Shown piece after piece: positions 38,601 to 52,525 of a DNA stretch of 64,000 nucleotides (its first letter is position 1; each line of letters starts with the position of its first letter). Position numbers and translations under genes: made by a program. This DNA is from Camelus ferus (taxonomy: Eukaryota). The notes below the pieces were generated by a model. The model was not told the origin of the DNA and made no database searches. It saw only the letters and a list, made by a program, of their open reading frames with translations. The stretch lies in the NCBI RefSeq assembly GCF_009834535.1, contig NC_045696.1, positions 38,752,001-38,816,000 on the forward strand. The letters run 5' to 3'.

Positions 38601-41600
38601 GGTTAGAAATTTTATATACCATAAGGTATTGCTTATACATAGGGAAGAATTGCCTCTAGTTTTCTTTTCTTTTTCTTTTTTTCATTTCTTATTTATGGTG
38701 ACTTGCTTAAGAACTAAGACAACTGGCAAAAAGGGGCACCTACACACTTGAACAGTTTATATTTTATTAGAACATTCTGTGGTTCCCAATTCAGAATTAA
38801 CATTCTTCAAGCATTGAAGTCCAGTGAAAGTTTTAGCTATCCCATATAAAAGTTCTTCCCAGGATAGTGATTTAATTTTCCTATTACTCTTCAAAACCAT
38901 TTGTAAACCTACAGCATTAGTTTCAGAATTGCCAAGACCCTAAGACATAGGGTCTTAGACCGGTGGCTCACCTTATGACAGCCTTCATCTCTACCCAACC
39001 CCTTCATATTGTGGGTGGTTTCATATGCTTACCACACACAAATAAAAAGAGAGTAATAAAGTCATTGTGAAATAGAATTATGCACCAATGATGGAATAAT
39101 ATATGGAAGTTTCACTGATTCACTGTCTTCCCTGTCAGTTCACAGCAATAACTATCTGATACCATGTGGTATCTTAAATTTACATGAGGTCCAAATATTA
39201 CTTAAAAACTAGACTGACTTACGTTATATAAAGGCATATTCATTATCTAAAAATTACTTAGAAAGTAATAGCTTTGGTTGAATATGATTAGATCAACAGA
39301 ATTCTACCTTACTTTCTGGAAGTTTTCTGTCAGTTGTGGGAAACTTGGTAACATTTTTCATTAATGAAGTAACTTATATATTGATTAGATTCTAAGCCAA
39401 ATTCAGATGTAGGCCTTAACCTAAAAAAAATAATTTCTCAATTATAAGCAAAGTCTCTGAAAGAGAAAACACAGAAAAAGGCAGCATGTAGGATTTGGAA
39501 ATAGATAAATAAATAAATTCTGGGGGAAAAAAATCAATGCTAAGATCTTCCTAATACTTCCCTTGTGGTTAACCTTGGAAGCTCTTTAATTGTTGAGAGA
39601 ATGTTCTTCTGAAACACCATCTCAGTTTGTCTGTCTATGCTTTAAATATAATGGTATATGTATAAAACACCTCTTGTTACACTTTTACCTGAGCTTCTTT
39701 TGATTGCATGCCACGTGTTAAGTTCAAGGTAAATGGCAAAGATGAAGTGAATAACTGTCTTCACCTTTTTGCTGTGTAATCCCATGAGACTTCCTCTCTG
39801 CTTGTTCTGAATCAATTTAAAAAAAAAAAAAGAAATGCGAATACATGGAGACTGAAAAACGAGATTTGCAATACTAAGTATATGATTAATAGTAATTTTA
39901 ATATTGTTTTTTTTTTACCCTTGGAAAGAGATCTGGATGAGCCTTATACACAAATAGTGAGACTTTTTCATATCCCTGTTACTGTCCCGTGATTAGTCAT
40001 GCTAGGATATGAATTCACAGTCCAATTTTCTATAAGCCAGTAACAGATCCCACTAGACCATTTCTATAGCAAAGGACTTACAAGGCTGAGCCAAAATTAA
40101 AATGTCTTCAAAGTCCATTAACAATGATTTTCAATATTTTCCTTTCCATATTTCATATGAAATCCTATCTGATATGGAGGCAGGGCAAATATCACAGGCA
40201 CTATTATCCAGTCAAAAAAAAAGTTTTTCTATTGGAAAGGCATACAGTTTAGATTTTAGAAATAAGCCAGGAAAAATAAAAATAAGGTTAAAGCTGCAAA
40301 GAAGCTAAAATCTACTAAATATAATGTTATCAGATTTTGATGCATATAGAGGACTGCAGAAAAGCAGTAATGCAAATATATGACTGGGTGGCAGACTTTG
40401 AAAGAATATACAATGAGTTAAGGAAAATTGGCATGAACTCAGTATGCCAAGGGAAATCAACAATGGAAAAATATATATCTCTTAAATACAATCAAACTGC
40501 AGTTCAGGAAAATCAAAGTAAACCATTTCATTCCTTTATATGGTCAGGCATTCTAAAAAAAAGGTCAGTAACTTTGTTCTAGCTTTACAATTGGGCCTTT
40601 CAAAATTGACCACTTTGACAGAATTTCTACTTGCTATAGTTCTTCTGAGATGATTATTCTTTTTATATTTTTTCTGTGGTGTATATGGCAGTTTGCCTTA
40701 TTTTATCTTTAACACATATTGTTGTAATAAATATACATAAAAGATAAGAGATGATGGTTCACTTTTTAAGTAAGAGATCTTCAGGGAAAAAAAACTCTTT
40801 AATTGAACGATGTACATTTTATGTATTTCTGCAGTTGAGAATGTTGCCAATTACCCTGAATGATGTGTGTGTCAATGAGTATTTGTGTATGTACCTCCTT
40901 TAACCAAAAACTAATTATAAAAATAATAGGATAAACTGGATTAAATATGCAAAGTAAAGTCCTGAATAAATGATTCAAAAATGTAAACAATGGTGAAAAG
41001 TAAAACATTCATCTGGATTCCTAACCCCTGATTTCTTTATTCCTTGTCAGCTGTGTGATTTCAAGCCCCAATAGGCCCTACTCAATACTCATCTGCACAG
41101 TTCTGTTGCCTAGAGATCTCTCCCCCGGCAGTTTGTGCAGCTGCAGACTTCAGGAGGAAAGCCTGCAAATGAAGGTGTAATTCAAGCCTTCAAATAACAT
41201 TTAGTTTATAAAAACTTTAATCTATCACAGTCTGTGAGTTTAAGGACTCCTGTGGATAGGCAGTCCTGATGTTGTGGTATAGGTCACAGATTCAGATTCC
41301 TTATGGATTATACTTTTTTTTCTTGGCCAAAAATAAGACTCTCTTCTCCAAGAAAATGGACATTTGATCATATATGTGCATGATTCCATATAATTTCAGG
41401 AGATCTCTGGATATTCTGAAGTTCATAAATGAAGAATTTCACAGATTATTAACAACTCAGTTTCTTTATGTTAAGTCATGTTTAACTAACACAGTGAGCA
41501 GCAACATCTTTGTGTGAGACTGACAGTGCATTTAAAAGAAAACAAAAAAGCACCATTTATTTGATATGGAGCTCTTGAACATTTACAAAGAGAATTTCTA

Positions 41601-43064
41601 TTTTTTTCCTGCTGGAAAGACATGAAAAAAATCTTTAAAGAGCCTTTAAGTAATCTCCAATTATTTTTTTTTTTACTAGTTCTTTTTACTTCTCTATTTT
41701 CAGGTTCCTTAAATAGTTTTAGCCTCTGACTTTAGCTGTGCTTTCTTATTAGCATGAATGCTTCTTTTATCTACATATCACTTGAATAAGCTTGAATCTT
41801 AAAAAAATCTGAACTTTATATGACAGTTTAAATTCTCAGTCAAGAATATATGTCTACCCCCTAGAGACCTCCATGTTGTATTATTGCAAATCGTGCTGTC
41901 TACTTTGGTCCTATTCACAGAAACTACCAACACTTTCAAAAGATTCATCCAAGAGTCATTTTCTTCTTGCAAAGAAAAGTTCTGGGTAACTTTACACAGC
42001 TTGCTAAATGAGCTGGGTCTCCATGGGAGTCAGTGTTTAATCTTTGCATTGGTTGAGATTGTTGTGTCGGTGTGTTTTCAACTTAATGGGATACACGATA
42101 AGAAACTGAGCTGCTTCAATGCCTCTTGCTCTCTCGCAGGGCAGCATTCTTTCCCTCCTGGGCTGCTGGGCCACTTAAGAACATAAGTAAGCTAGGAAAG
42201 ACCAGCCCTGTTATAAAACATGTCTCTTCTCCCCGTTCATTCTTTTGCATTGTAGGACAAAGCACAGTGGAAGTTGCCCTGTGGCACAATGTTAGCTTTT
42301 CATACTTCTATTCACAGAGGTGTCACAGAAAGTGCATTTAGCAAAACTGAACATTTTTTTAAAAAGTAAACCTTTTGTAAAGTTGCAGAAAGCCTTCAAA
42401 AATGTCATAATTTTCCTGGGGGAAAAAAAGGAAGGTAGTTGGTAGTTAATTTACATCATATGTATGATTCATTTGACAGTATTTCCTCCATTATAATTAA
42501 AATCTCACCACAAATAACCTATATAGTTAGGATTAAATATATCCTGTCCAGAGGTTTGTTTGATTTTTAAGTTTTCTGTTGATTTTCTTTTAATTAGTGA
42601 ATAATACGAAAGACCAAAAAGTTGACTATTTGATCACTTATGTAATCATAACCCACTTTTGAAACTAGAAGTGAAACATAGTACTTGAAACATTGCTGGA
42701 AAATATGACATCTTCTTCCAAAAGCTTCAGGACTCTTTCTTTAAAGATTCCTTTGTAAGGGAACCTTGAGATCATTATCATAAACTGAGGTTTGGGATTC
42801 CGAGAAAGCAAAATCTAAAGGCTTTTCCAGCAAGTTTCATTAGCACATATTTCCTGTTTATATAGATTATTATAAGGCTTTATTGGGCTTTAAAATCCTA
42901 AAACTTCTCAAGGATACAACGTCTTTGGCAGCAACACGGTCACCAGGCCATTATGGCTCTCTAAGATGTGTTTTTAAGATGAGGCACAGAGATCTGGGGT
43001 ACTGATTGCTTCCTGTTCTCCAAATTACTCATGGAAACCCAAGTATTATTTGGGGGTATGACAA

Positions 43065-43290
43065 GATGGCCAGGCATTCAGACTCTGGAGCCAGATTGCC
43101 TGGCTTCAAGCTCTGGCCCTGCCAGTTGCTCAGTGTGTATTCTTGGACAATTTGCTTAAACTCTCAGTACATCTGTAATCTTATCTGTTAAACTGAACTA
43201 GCGATTATACTCACCACAGGGGTTGGTGCGAGGATTAAATGAGTAAACCCATGTAAAGCCCTTAGAACTATGTCTGGCACATTGAAGAAC
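43065..43290 (+). mobile_element. MIR
   Basis: gactctggagccagattgcctggcttcaa...gaggattaaatgag...aaagcccttagaac. Confidence 0.85.
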
Positions 43291-44320
43291 TTATTTTTTA
43301 AGTTGTTGTTACATATGTGTTGATTAAGATATAGTATCTATTTTTAAATTAACCACACTACAGATTTTGCAGAAAGAAACCTCCAACAAAGGTAACATAA
43401 AATTATTTATTTGACATGCAGTTTAATTTGGTTTTGAACTTAGCCATTCCACAGTATTTCAAGTCATGAGAATTCTCTGATGTGTTTTGTTCATTGCTAC
43501 CTAGTGGTAATTAAACTATTATTATTATATAATCAATTATTTCTTTCATAATAATTGGAAAGCTAAAAGTCATAATTCAGCTAATTTCAATGCATCTGCT
43601 TTTAATTTGATCATAATCTTATATTACTTTTATAAATGTGGATGTAATACAAACTCAATCATTCTTAAAAATTTTTTATGTTATTAAAATTTTGCAATGT
43701 GGTTAATGTCTTACGTTGAAAACACAATCTAATATCAGGCATCTTTGGCAATAACTCTCATTGTCAGTAAGACATTTCTAGTTAAGGAGAAATCTTTTTG
43801 CCCATATGGTAATTTCCAGTAAAAGGAAGGACAGTACTGAATATTACTGACGTTAATTGATGCAGATGGTATGTCACTGCTTTCTGGAACTGTCAGGAAA
43901 TTTGTTTCATTTCGTTAGCCTCACATCTTTGACTTACTCTAAAACAAATCTAGATTAAGAAATGTTAGTGTGTTCATAAATGCAAATCACCCCTCCTGAT
44001 TTCTGCTCACATAACTCATAAGTGAGTTATGTTTGATCACAGAATAAAAATATTCTTCAGCGTTAATCCAAAGGCATTTAGATCCCTTTAAATTCAAAAA
44101 GCAAAATAAAGAATTAAGACAAAGCATGGGACCAAATCAACATAGTTATTATATAGACGTAGGGGTTTCAAATACTTCTAAGGTTGAAATCAATTCCAAA
44201 TTAACCTAAGACATATTGATACAGATACAAATCTGTAAATAGAGTATGTAAGACACAAGATGGCTTGTTAGGTAAGAATAAGAATTTACTTCCTATAAAA
44301 GCTATTTCTAAGAAACTGTA

Positions 44321-44744
44321 TGTCAGCCGAGGGAGGCTGATGTGGGGTTCTAGGAGGTGAGCGGCCCAAGCGAGAAAATGCACGAGGAGTTGCCATACCG
44401 CCGGACAGACTTCAGCCGGAGACACCATGGGGTTAACAACACTTTATTGTAACAGGGAGGTACGCCTATGATGCACCTGTCCTGCTTTTATCTGTTTTCT
44501 GTCAGCACACGCGTGGTCTGAGTTTCTTTGTTCATTAGGCTTACAGAATATCTCTAGCACATGCATACTTCTATTTTCTTTGTTCTAAATCTTATATAAT
44601 TGATGCATGCATGGAGCAATTATTTACTGCATACTACGAACATGCTCTGATCGTGGCCTCGGGTCCCACAGCTGTAACTCATCTCAATGCTCTGATCGTG
44701 GCCTTGGGTCCCACGGCCTTAACTCAACTCAAGACCAGCTCACA
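44321..44744 (-). mobile_element. Young 424-bp solo LTR with perfect 5-bp TSD CTGTA, antisense to EPHA6
   Basis: TGTCAGC...GCTCACA termini (6/7 inverted match); CTGTA at 44316-44320 and 44745-44749; minus-strand AATAAA at about 44443-44448; many intact CpGs; 45-bp internal tandem repeat. Confidence 0.88.
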
Positions 44745-45639
44745 CTGTATGTTACAGTATGTTATTTAAAGTAAGAAAATACCCATTTTTGATTATTTTA
44801 CTCTACTCTAGGAGAAACCATCTTGTTCTTTAAAGCAACTTCAGACCTATCAATTTCAGTTGTATAGGATTTAAATAGACTTTTGAGACCAGCAGGAAAG
44901 TTCCAAAATGTATTGACCTTAGTCATTTACAGTAATGAACCTTCTTAACTCTGAAAACCGCTTCTTAGCTTAGGATTCAACATCTAGTCAGTACAGTAAC
45001 ATATAACACTTGCATTTATCCATTCATTCTTTAAGCTGTTATTGGATGTTTCAATGTTTATAGTATCAGATACTATTCTCTGTGTTGTAAACACATTATT
45101 TCAGTTAATCTCACATCTCACTCAGTGGAGGACGGAGATTAATACCTCCTCCATTGTGATTTAATTCATCTCAAGCAATGGAGGTGTTGTTATGTAATAA
45201 TATTCCATACACAAATATACAAATGAGGAATGTATATAGTGTACAAATGAGAATGAAGCAGAGTGATAAGTGAGTTATGAAAGGTCACCTGCCCAAAGTG
45301 GAAAAGTTCAATATCATGCAGTCTTACTCTAATCCTACATCTTCTAACTGCACTGTGCTGAGCACACAAAGCATAAGGTAATAAACCAGCCCAATTTGCC
45401 TGGGACACAAGGATTTCAGTGCTAAAACCAGAAATATACTGCTTAATATATTAAACATGTAACTAGCAGTTTTTTTTTCTTTGCTGTAGGATATGAAAGA
45501 ATCTTCATGACAGTCAAACGACAATGGAACATGAAAATGATGCATTTTTATAGAGCTATTTTTTGCTACATAGTGGACAGTTATAATAAGAAGGGGAAAG
45601 CAGATAATTGTGCCCAAAAGGAAAAGAAAGTGAACGTAC

Positions 45640-45830
45640 ACCAACATTTTTAAATGCCAACTGTTGCCAGATGCTGTGTCAGTTTTATGTTTTCTCATCT
45701 AATCCTTTGAAAATTATGTATCGTATGTGATATTATCCTCTATTTATAGATGCAGAAACTGAAAGAGCTAAAATAACTTGCCCAAGATCATGCAATGAAT
45801 AGGTAGCAGAGCTGACATTTGAATTTTGTT
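45640..45830 (-). mobile_element. MIR
   Basis: attatcctctatttatagatgcagaaactga..taacttgcccaagatca..ggtagcagagctg. Confidence 0.75.
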
Positions 45831-45984
45831 TTTTTCTTCAAGACCGTATATTTTATAATACAAATAATTTAGGATTAAAGTCCTTTGATTACCATTCTAT
45901 TATCTCAGTAACTCTTCTCTAGGTCTGAATTATTCCTGGGAAGCATCTTTATTTGTATGTTCCTTCTGACATTCCAGTCCAAAA

Positions 45985-46445
45985 AAAATTAAATTGGGTA
46001 CCTACTCTGTGCCACACCCTGTAGTAGACAGTGGACTTACAGAGAAGCATTACGCACAAGTCCATCATTTTACAGTGGGAGGCAGACACACTGTAGTTAG
46101 TATCAATGCCATACTATAAGTGTTATATAATTTTTTAAGATATAAAGGGAAGCAAAAGTAAACAATCAGGTCCTCCTAAAACAAGAAAGTGATTCATAGG
46201 GGAATTGACAGTGAAGATGGTATTTAAGTTCCTTTTTTTATTTTTAAGTATATGATTTTACCAAATGGGGATAGTGAGAAGGAAGGTACAAGTAAAGGCA
46301 TACTTAAGGAATTATGAGTCCCCTAGAGAATTTGAAAAACAGGAGGTAGGGGGACAGGGGCAGTCAAAGATGAAAAGAGAAACAAAGGTAGAGGAGAGAT
46401 TGTGAAGGAGCTTAATTGCCAAGCTGTTCAGACTTTAATCCTGCA
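45985..46445 (-). mobile_element. L2 fragment
   Basis: attgggtacctactctgtgcca, agattgtgaaggagctt, gactttaatcctgcag. Confidence 0.6.
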
Positions 46446-48559
46446 GCAAACAATACAATAAGTAAGACAGTCTTTAAAGGAGGGGAGGGGACATTGGCCC
46501 TTTATAGTAATTGGCTGTACTCCTTTCCAGTGTCCACTCTGTGAGAGCAGGAGTCTTGTATTGACTGAGGATGTCTCTCCAGAAACCAGAAGAGTACTTG
46601 ATGCAGAGTAGCCATTTAAAAATGCATATTTGATGTGTCACTGAATGTTTAAAATAATGATATACAAGCATTAACAAGTACAACCAGTAAACAATTATTG
46701 TGATAAGTCAAGCAAAAGAAAACAAAGGCAGAATATGGGTGATAATAGATTTTGCATAGAATCAGCACCATTTAATGACTTAATATTAAACCACTGATGG
46801 AATTTGATAAAGTGGGAAGTCCAGTAGTACCATAGATTTTCAAACCTGGGTAACTAGATGGATGGTTATGCTTTAACCAAAACAGAAATACAGAAGGAAA
46901 AGGAAGTTCAAGGGAAATTTTTAAAGTTTGGATTTGAACTCACTGAGGATAGAATTTGTTTAGGACATGATCTGATAATCACCAGGCAGCAGTGTTAAGA
47001 GAAAAACAATCCTCCAATTTTAGGACATATCTTGTGCATAAAAATAAATATTTAATATGTAACTTCGTTCAAATTTATGTCATCCATATCTTTTGAATGC
47101 CTTAGAGGGGTAAGAAAATTATTTCACTTATTAGCAAACCCATTTGAGATTATAATTATAAGTCTCAGCACAGCAGAAATAGGGAAGTAGAAAGCGATTA
47201 ATTAACTGACTCAAAAAGTCCTGAACTGCAGTTAGGGAGGAAAAAATATAGGCAACCTGTCAATCCAAATTATCATCACAAATTCTGTTAGCTGTCAGAC
47301 AAAATGTAGATGTAATATAACATTAAATAAACTAGAATTGATTTAAATTGGTGATAAGAGTTTGGGGTTGTTGAGGTTTGTGTAGATTCTTGAAATTAAT
47401 GACTGCACCTTAGAAAGTTCCAAACTAATACAAAACACTACATCCAGCAGAAACTGTCTAAAAAAAAACTACTATAAAAATGGAAATAAGCTGAAGTAGA
47501 AAATATTAAAAAAGAGAATTAATCACCTCCAAATATATTTTCCAGGAGTGAAAATGCAATATATAATTTTTATGTATTTAAAAATAACACAGGAAAAGCA
47601 CTGTTCTCTCTCACCTAACCACATATTTGAAGACTACCATCCTAACTTTTATAATTTGCCTTGTATTTATCTATTTTATTGATTATAAAATGTAATCATG
47701 GACTATAAGCTTGTAATCTTCACAGTGTAACTAACTTCCCTATAGAAAACCACTAAGAAACAAATTACAGGTTAGATGCCAGTGGTATTGTAAAAAAAAA
47801 AAAAAAATCCTTAGTTTAATAACACCTGCTTTCAATTGATGCTACTGAACAAAATACAAAAGATGCAGAGCTCAGGTGTGAAACTTCTAATTCACAAGAA
47901 ACCAGGGGAGTCTTCATCTGACTCTTTATTATCTTTAATGAGAAGATGAAACTTGTCACTGATGATTTTTAAGATTGTATAAAGTGTCTCCCAAGGAGTT
48001 ATAGATAGAACTAATCTCAAAGTACTTTGTATTTCCATAGATCAGAATCTTGCTGAAATATTTCAGTGTTTCTCTCTTAGGAATTGTGAAATTGATGAGA
48101 ATAATCAGCTTGTTTCCATGAAGCACCTACTCTGCTCAGCTCTGTGGGAGGTGACCTTGAGAAACCCAGTGAATGGGGATACAAAGCATCCACAGGGAGT
48201 TGAGAAAGAAAAACAACTCAATACAAAATCAGGCACACATTTTGTAATGCAGACAATAGATGTGTTGGGAATGCAACTATAGGAAATGTCACGGGGGGAG
48301 AATTTCAAGGAAGAGGTGAGTGTATACGTTCTGGGGAGGTGTAGGGTGTTTTTAGGGAAAGAAGCAAGTTGGGAGATAATCCTGGTAGGGGAATACTGAA
48401 AGGAAAGTCAGAAAGAGACAGGACTGAACAAATATAGGCGATAATGACAATTGATGGGCAGTAGATAAGGCTACTTAGGAGAGATGAGAGGTCCATTACT
48501 GAGGAGGACTGACTGACAGGATGGGCCTTACACTCCAGTCTATAAATCGTGCCTGAGAG

Positions 48560-48700
48560 GCACCTGTGGCATAAAGGTTAAGAGCTTAAGCTCTGAGACA
48601 GATGCCTGATACTGCCACTCACTTGCTGTCTGGGAAGTAGTTTAATTTTCTATCCCTCATTTTCCTATCTGTGTAATAGGGATAATAATAATATGTTAGT
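48560..48700 (+). mobile_element. MIR fragment
   Basis: ggttaagagcttaagctctg..ccctcattttcctatctgtgtaatagggataataata. Confidence 0.7.
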
Positions 48701-50423
48701 ATTCTTAGGGAATGCCAGGGGGTTTTTAATATATATATTTTAAATATATCTTCATAAAACTAAATATGTTGTTCTGACAGCAATGGTCAATGTTGATTGA
48801 AAAGTTCTGACTGTGAGCATAAGAACTCATGCTTTGTAATAACCCAAATTTCCCCCTTAACATTCATAATCTGTTATCATTCAAACTGGAATATGTCTCA
48901 GAATTTTATTTTTAACTATAAAAATGGCCTTTTATTATCCCTATGTGGCTAACCAAGTATTTGCATTAGGCTCCCAGCTCCAGGCTCTCTGAAATCAATG
49001 GCCAAATAGAAGATTTCATGACAAACTTTCAGATTTAAAACCTGAAACTTCTAGATCTCTGCCTGCAGTAGTGCTTTCTGTTCATTTGACCTCAGTATGT
49101 TCTGATAAATTTTTTTTATCTGTATTTGGGTGAAATTAATGACTTTAAAGAACATTATAGAAATTCACCAAAACGGAAAACTTCTTTGGGTTCTAATTCT
49201 ATGCATGATAAATTGGGAGCTTTATTACTACATTTAACCTTTAACACATCTTTCTTTAAAATACAGATTCAAATATAAAATCTAGCATTTGCAGACATTG
49301 TACTAATTTGTCACAGTCACCCTTTCTAACCCTCAAGGCTTTGAGTTCATAAAAGGGACATGAATTACAATATGAGATCTAATATTTCCATCATTGGTAC
49401 ACATATTTCTTTCCAGATCTTCTTTGTGCTCATGAGGAAAAACTCTGTGCACAGTGCAGATTGAATTGCTAAAAATTCCAATAAGAAGCAAGAAATATAG
49501 AAGTAAAAAGTAAATATGTCATACATGTTTATTTCAGGTAAATACCATTTTCCCTCCATCTGAAATGAGTTTATCTTTTAAACTTGGGCAATTGGGCAGA
49601 ACAAATAGATTCTTTTCTTTGAAACAAATCAAAGTTATTTATGTTGAATATTCTACCTAATAGAGGTGTATTGGGGACTGTAACAACTGCAAATAGACGT
49701 GATAAAAAGAAATAAATGATGCTCAGTTTCTGATTTTAGCTTCTGCACTAGACTACGAAATCAGTTACTTTTTATGTACTGCCATTATTGTTCTGTTGAT
49801 CTAATCTATGTCCAATAAAGAGATGATCAAGAACTATTACAAATCCCACCAACTTTGTAGCACTCATCAATTTACTGACATTTTTCTACTTAAAAACCCT
49901 TAAAAGCAGACTATGAGCGATGGTTTATAATTTCTTAAAGAGAATTTATGAATTTCTCTCTTCTGCTTTGCCTTAGGAGTATTTCAGAAATGCCCGGTCT
50001 AATGTAATTCAGCCATAATTACTGCATCACTGGAGGAGAAGTTGTACCACAACTGCCAAAGCAGCTACAGTAACTGCTTAAACTCTGACTTTAGATTGTT
50101 GACTGTCTTTTAAGAAAAAGATCAGGGCTAAAAGAACACAATCTAAACAAGAGATTGCAGGACTTTAGAAAAGCAAGTGCTTAATTCCTTTGTAATTCAT
50201 CTTGTAATCCATGTTCTTTTTATGAACTCAAAGGGAATAATGCTATAAAGAAATGGAGAAATCCCTATCTTTAACATGAGTACATTTATAGAAGCATGTT
50301 GGAAAATGAGGTTCCTATTAATAAAATACAAGTAATTCAGCTGCCACAGCTGGAAATCTCTAACTGGAGCACATATTTCTGTAATTGCTCTAATTCTTGT
50401 GTGTTCTCTTGCTCTTTTTGCAG

Positions 50424-50485
50424 GCAGACCAGTAATGATTGTGGTGGAATACATGGAGAATGGATCCCTAGACTCCTTTTTGCGG
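50424..50485 (+). CDS. EPHA6: EPHA6 kinase hinge exon, (G)RPVMIVVEYMENGSLDSFLR; 62 nt, phase 1-0
   Basis: Strong acceptor gttctcttgctctttttgcag|GC and donor CGG|gtgagg. It encodes the EphA motif MIVxEYMENGSLDxFLR and joins in frame to the 35521-35646 exon (G|GC = Gly). Confidence 0.97.
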
Positions 50486-52329
50486 GTGAGGTGTTCTTTT
50501 CTGATAGCATTTAAATAAGCTATTCTGAGTTCTAGATTTAAATCATTCATTATAAATTAATTTTTGCGTAATGTTATTCACGGATTTTTCTATGAAGAAT
50601 AACAGCATTTTCTCTAGGGTGCATTTCTCTGATACTGTGATACATTAGAGTATTACTAAAGAGGGAGCAGATACACGTAATAATATAATTGATTTCTCCT
50701 ATAAATTCACTTGCCATATAAATATATACATATTTCAAATGATGGTGTAAAGAAAGATTAAATGAACCTCAGTTGCTTCTCATAGCCATTCATTTGACTT
50801 TATCACATTTAACTATTCAGTATGATATTTTATGCATTATCTATAATGCTGAACCCCTTATGTTGATGTATATTTACCAATAATGATTCAAGTTCATATC
50901 AGAAAACGGATTTTATCAGCTTTATCCCTCTTAAGATCATTTGGCTAACTATTCAGAAAATAGAAGGAGAAAGAATGAAACTTTGGCACAGATTTGTTTT
51001 AGAAAAAATTTTAAAGCACTCTTTTTTAAGTGACTTATCCTTTAAAATATGGTGTATTAAAAATTATTTGTTTTATATCATGGTACAGGATAACATAGCT
51101 GAGAAGGCAGCATGAAGTTATATTTCAAAATGTATGTGTAATACCTTTAATATTTAAAAAGCTATCATTTGCCCCCAAAATATTCATTGATAGTAAAAAA
51201 AAAAAAGAAATATAAAAAATAATCAATAGAGTAAATATTTTTATCCCCAGCATAGGTCACATATTTGCATGTCACTGTTTTCTTGAATATATATTTATCT
51301 ACAGAAACATCGCCAATTTTCTTACTTATATAATGACTGGACTTTTGCTATTTGAAATGTGTTATATTGTTTTTCTTCATTTCTATGTGAATAAACAATC
51401 TCAAGCATTCTTTCTTCACTTCATTTTTTGTTCAGTGTTATTTGGACAAGTGCTATGTGCATCTACTCTCTCTCTTGATCTCATTTTCATGTATTTTTCT
51501 TGATTCCATGCCCTCTTCTTCCAGCTGCTCTCAGTATTAGCAACGATGATATATTTACACTGTAACTGGACTTGATGTGCAGATTCAATGCCAGAAGCTG
51601 AATTCAGCGAAATCGTTGAGTCATTATACAGCAGTACTCCTCACATAGTGCATACTCTCAGCCAAGTATGCTCTTTAAGGCAAAATGAAATTCATAGGTG
51701 TTTGGGGACGTGAACTATTTGTTCTTTTCTGTAGTCATTCTCAGAATGTTATTTTATAGCTTGTATACATTTCTCCAGTAAATGTGCTAAATTACTTTAC
51801 AATAGTTTATCAGGACCACCTATGGTACTTGAAATGCATATATACTTACACGCTTCCATTATGGTTATCCAAAACCTCATTTTTATCTGATACATATCAA
51901 AATGACTTATTTTCTAATGATACTTGTGATAGGATTTTTTTATCAACTATATCCTAGGGCTGAATATAATGGCAAATAATGTAACAGATACTCATCTAAA
52001 TTGCTGCTGAAAATTGGACCAAATGACTTCCTTAAGCAAATTAGGAGAGAAATGTTAGCTTCAGATATATTTTTTAGCCTGCTAAGAGATAAACCATGAA
52101 TTAATTAAAATACATTATAAGGGAAAGATAATATGTTATAAATAAAATATTTACTTGTAAACATCCTACTACATGTTTAAAAATGGTATATTTCATCATT
52201 TAAAATTTAAAAACTAATATTTTTCAGCTCTTATGTACCATGTAGGTAAGACCCAGTGCAGTCTGGAAAAGAGTAAATGTTCAAATAATTGTGGCTACCA
52301 TTACTAATCCTATGAGAACCTTAACATAT

Positions 52330-52525
52330 ATTATCTGAGTTCATCTTGGCTCTGCCACTGGCTATGTGACCTTGTGACTTGAGCAAGTGACTAACTTCTC
52401 CGTGCCTCTGTTTACTCATATATAAAATGGAAATACTAACAGAATCTACCTCATACAATTGTTATAATGGTTAGTTGAGTTGATTATTGTAAAGCATATA
52501 GAATAATGCCTGATATACTTACTGT
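52330..52525 (+). mobile_element. MIR
   Basis: ggctctgccact..gtgacttgagcaagtgactaacttctccgtgcctctgttt..aaaatgg. Confidence 0.85.

Larger units (their letters stand above)
35647..50423 (+). other. EPHA6: GT-AG intron (14,777 bp) between the two EPHA6 exons
   Basis: Starts gtaggt, ends tttttgcag; splicing preserves the frame. Confidence 0.92.

Noticed and set aside
45140..45190. Hairpin cctccattg...caatggagg as a pre-miRNA
   Set aside because: The stem is only about 9 bp and sits in MIR-like context.
50296..50514. 72-aa ORF overlapping the hinge exon
   Set aside because: Wrong frame; the real coding frame is set by the splice sites.
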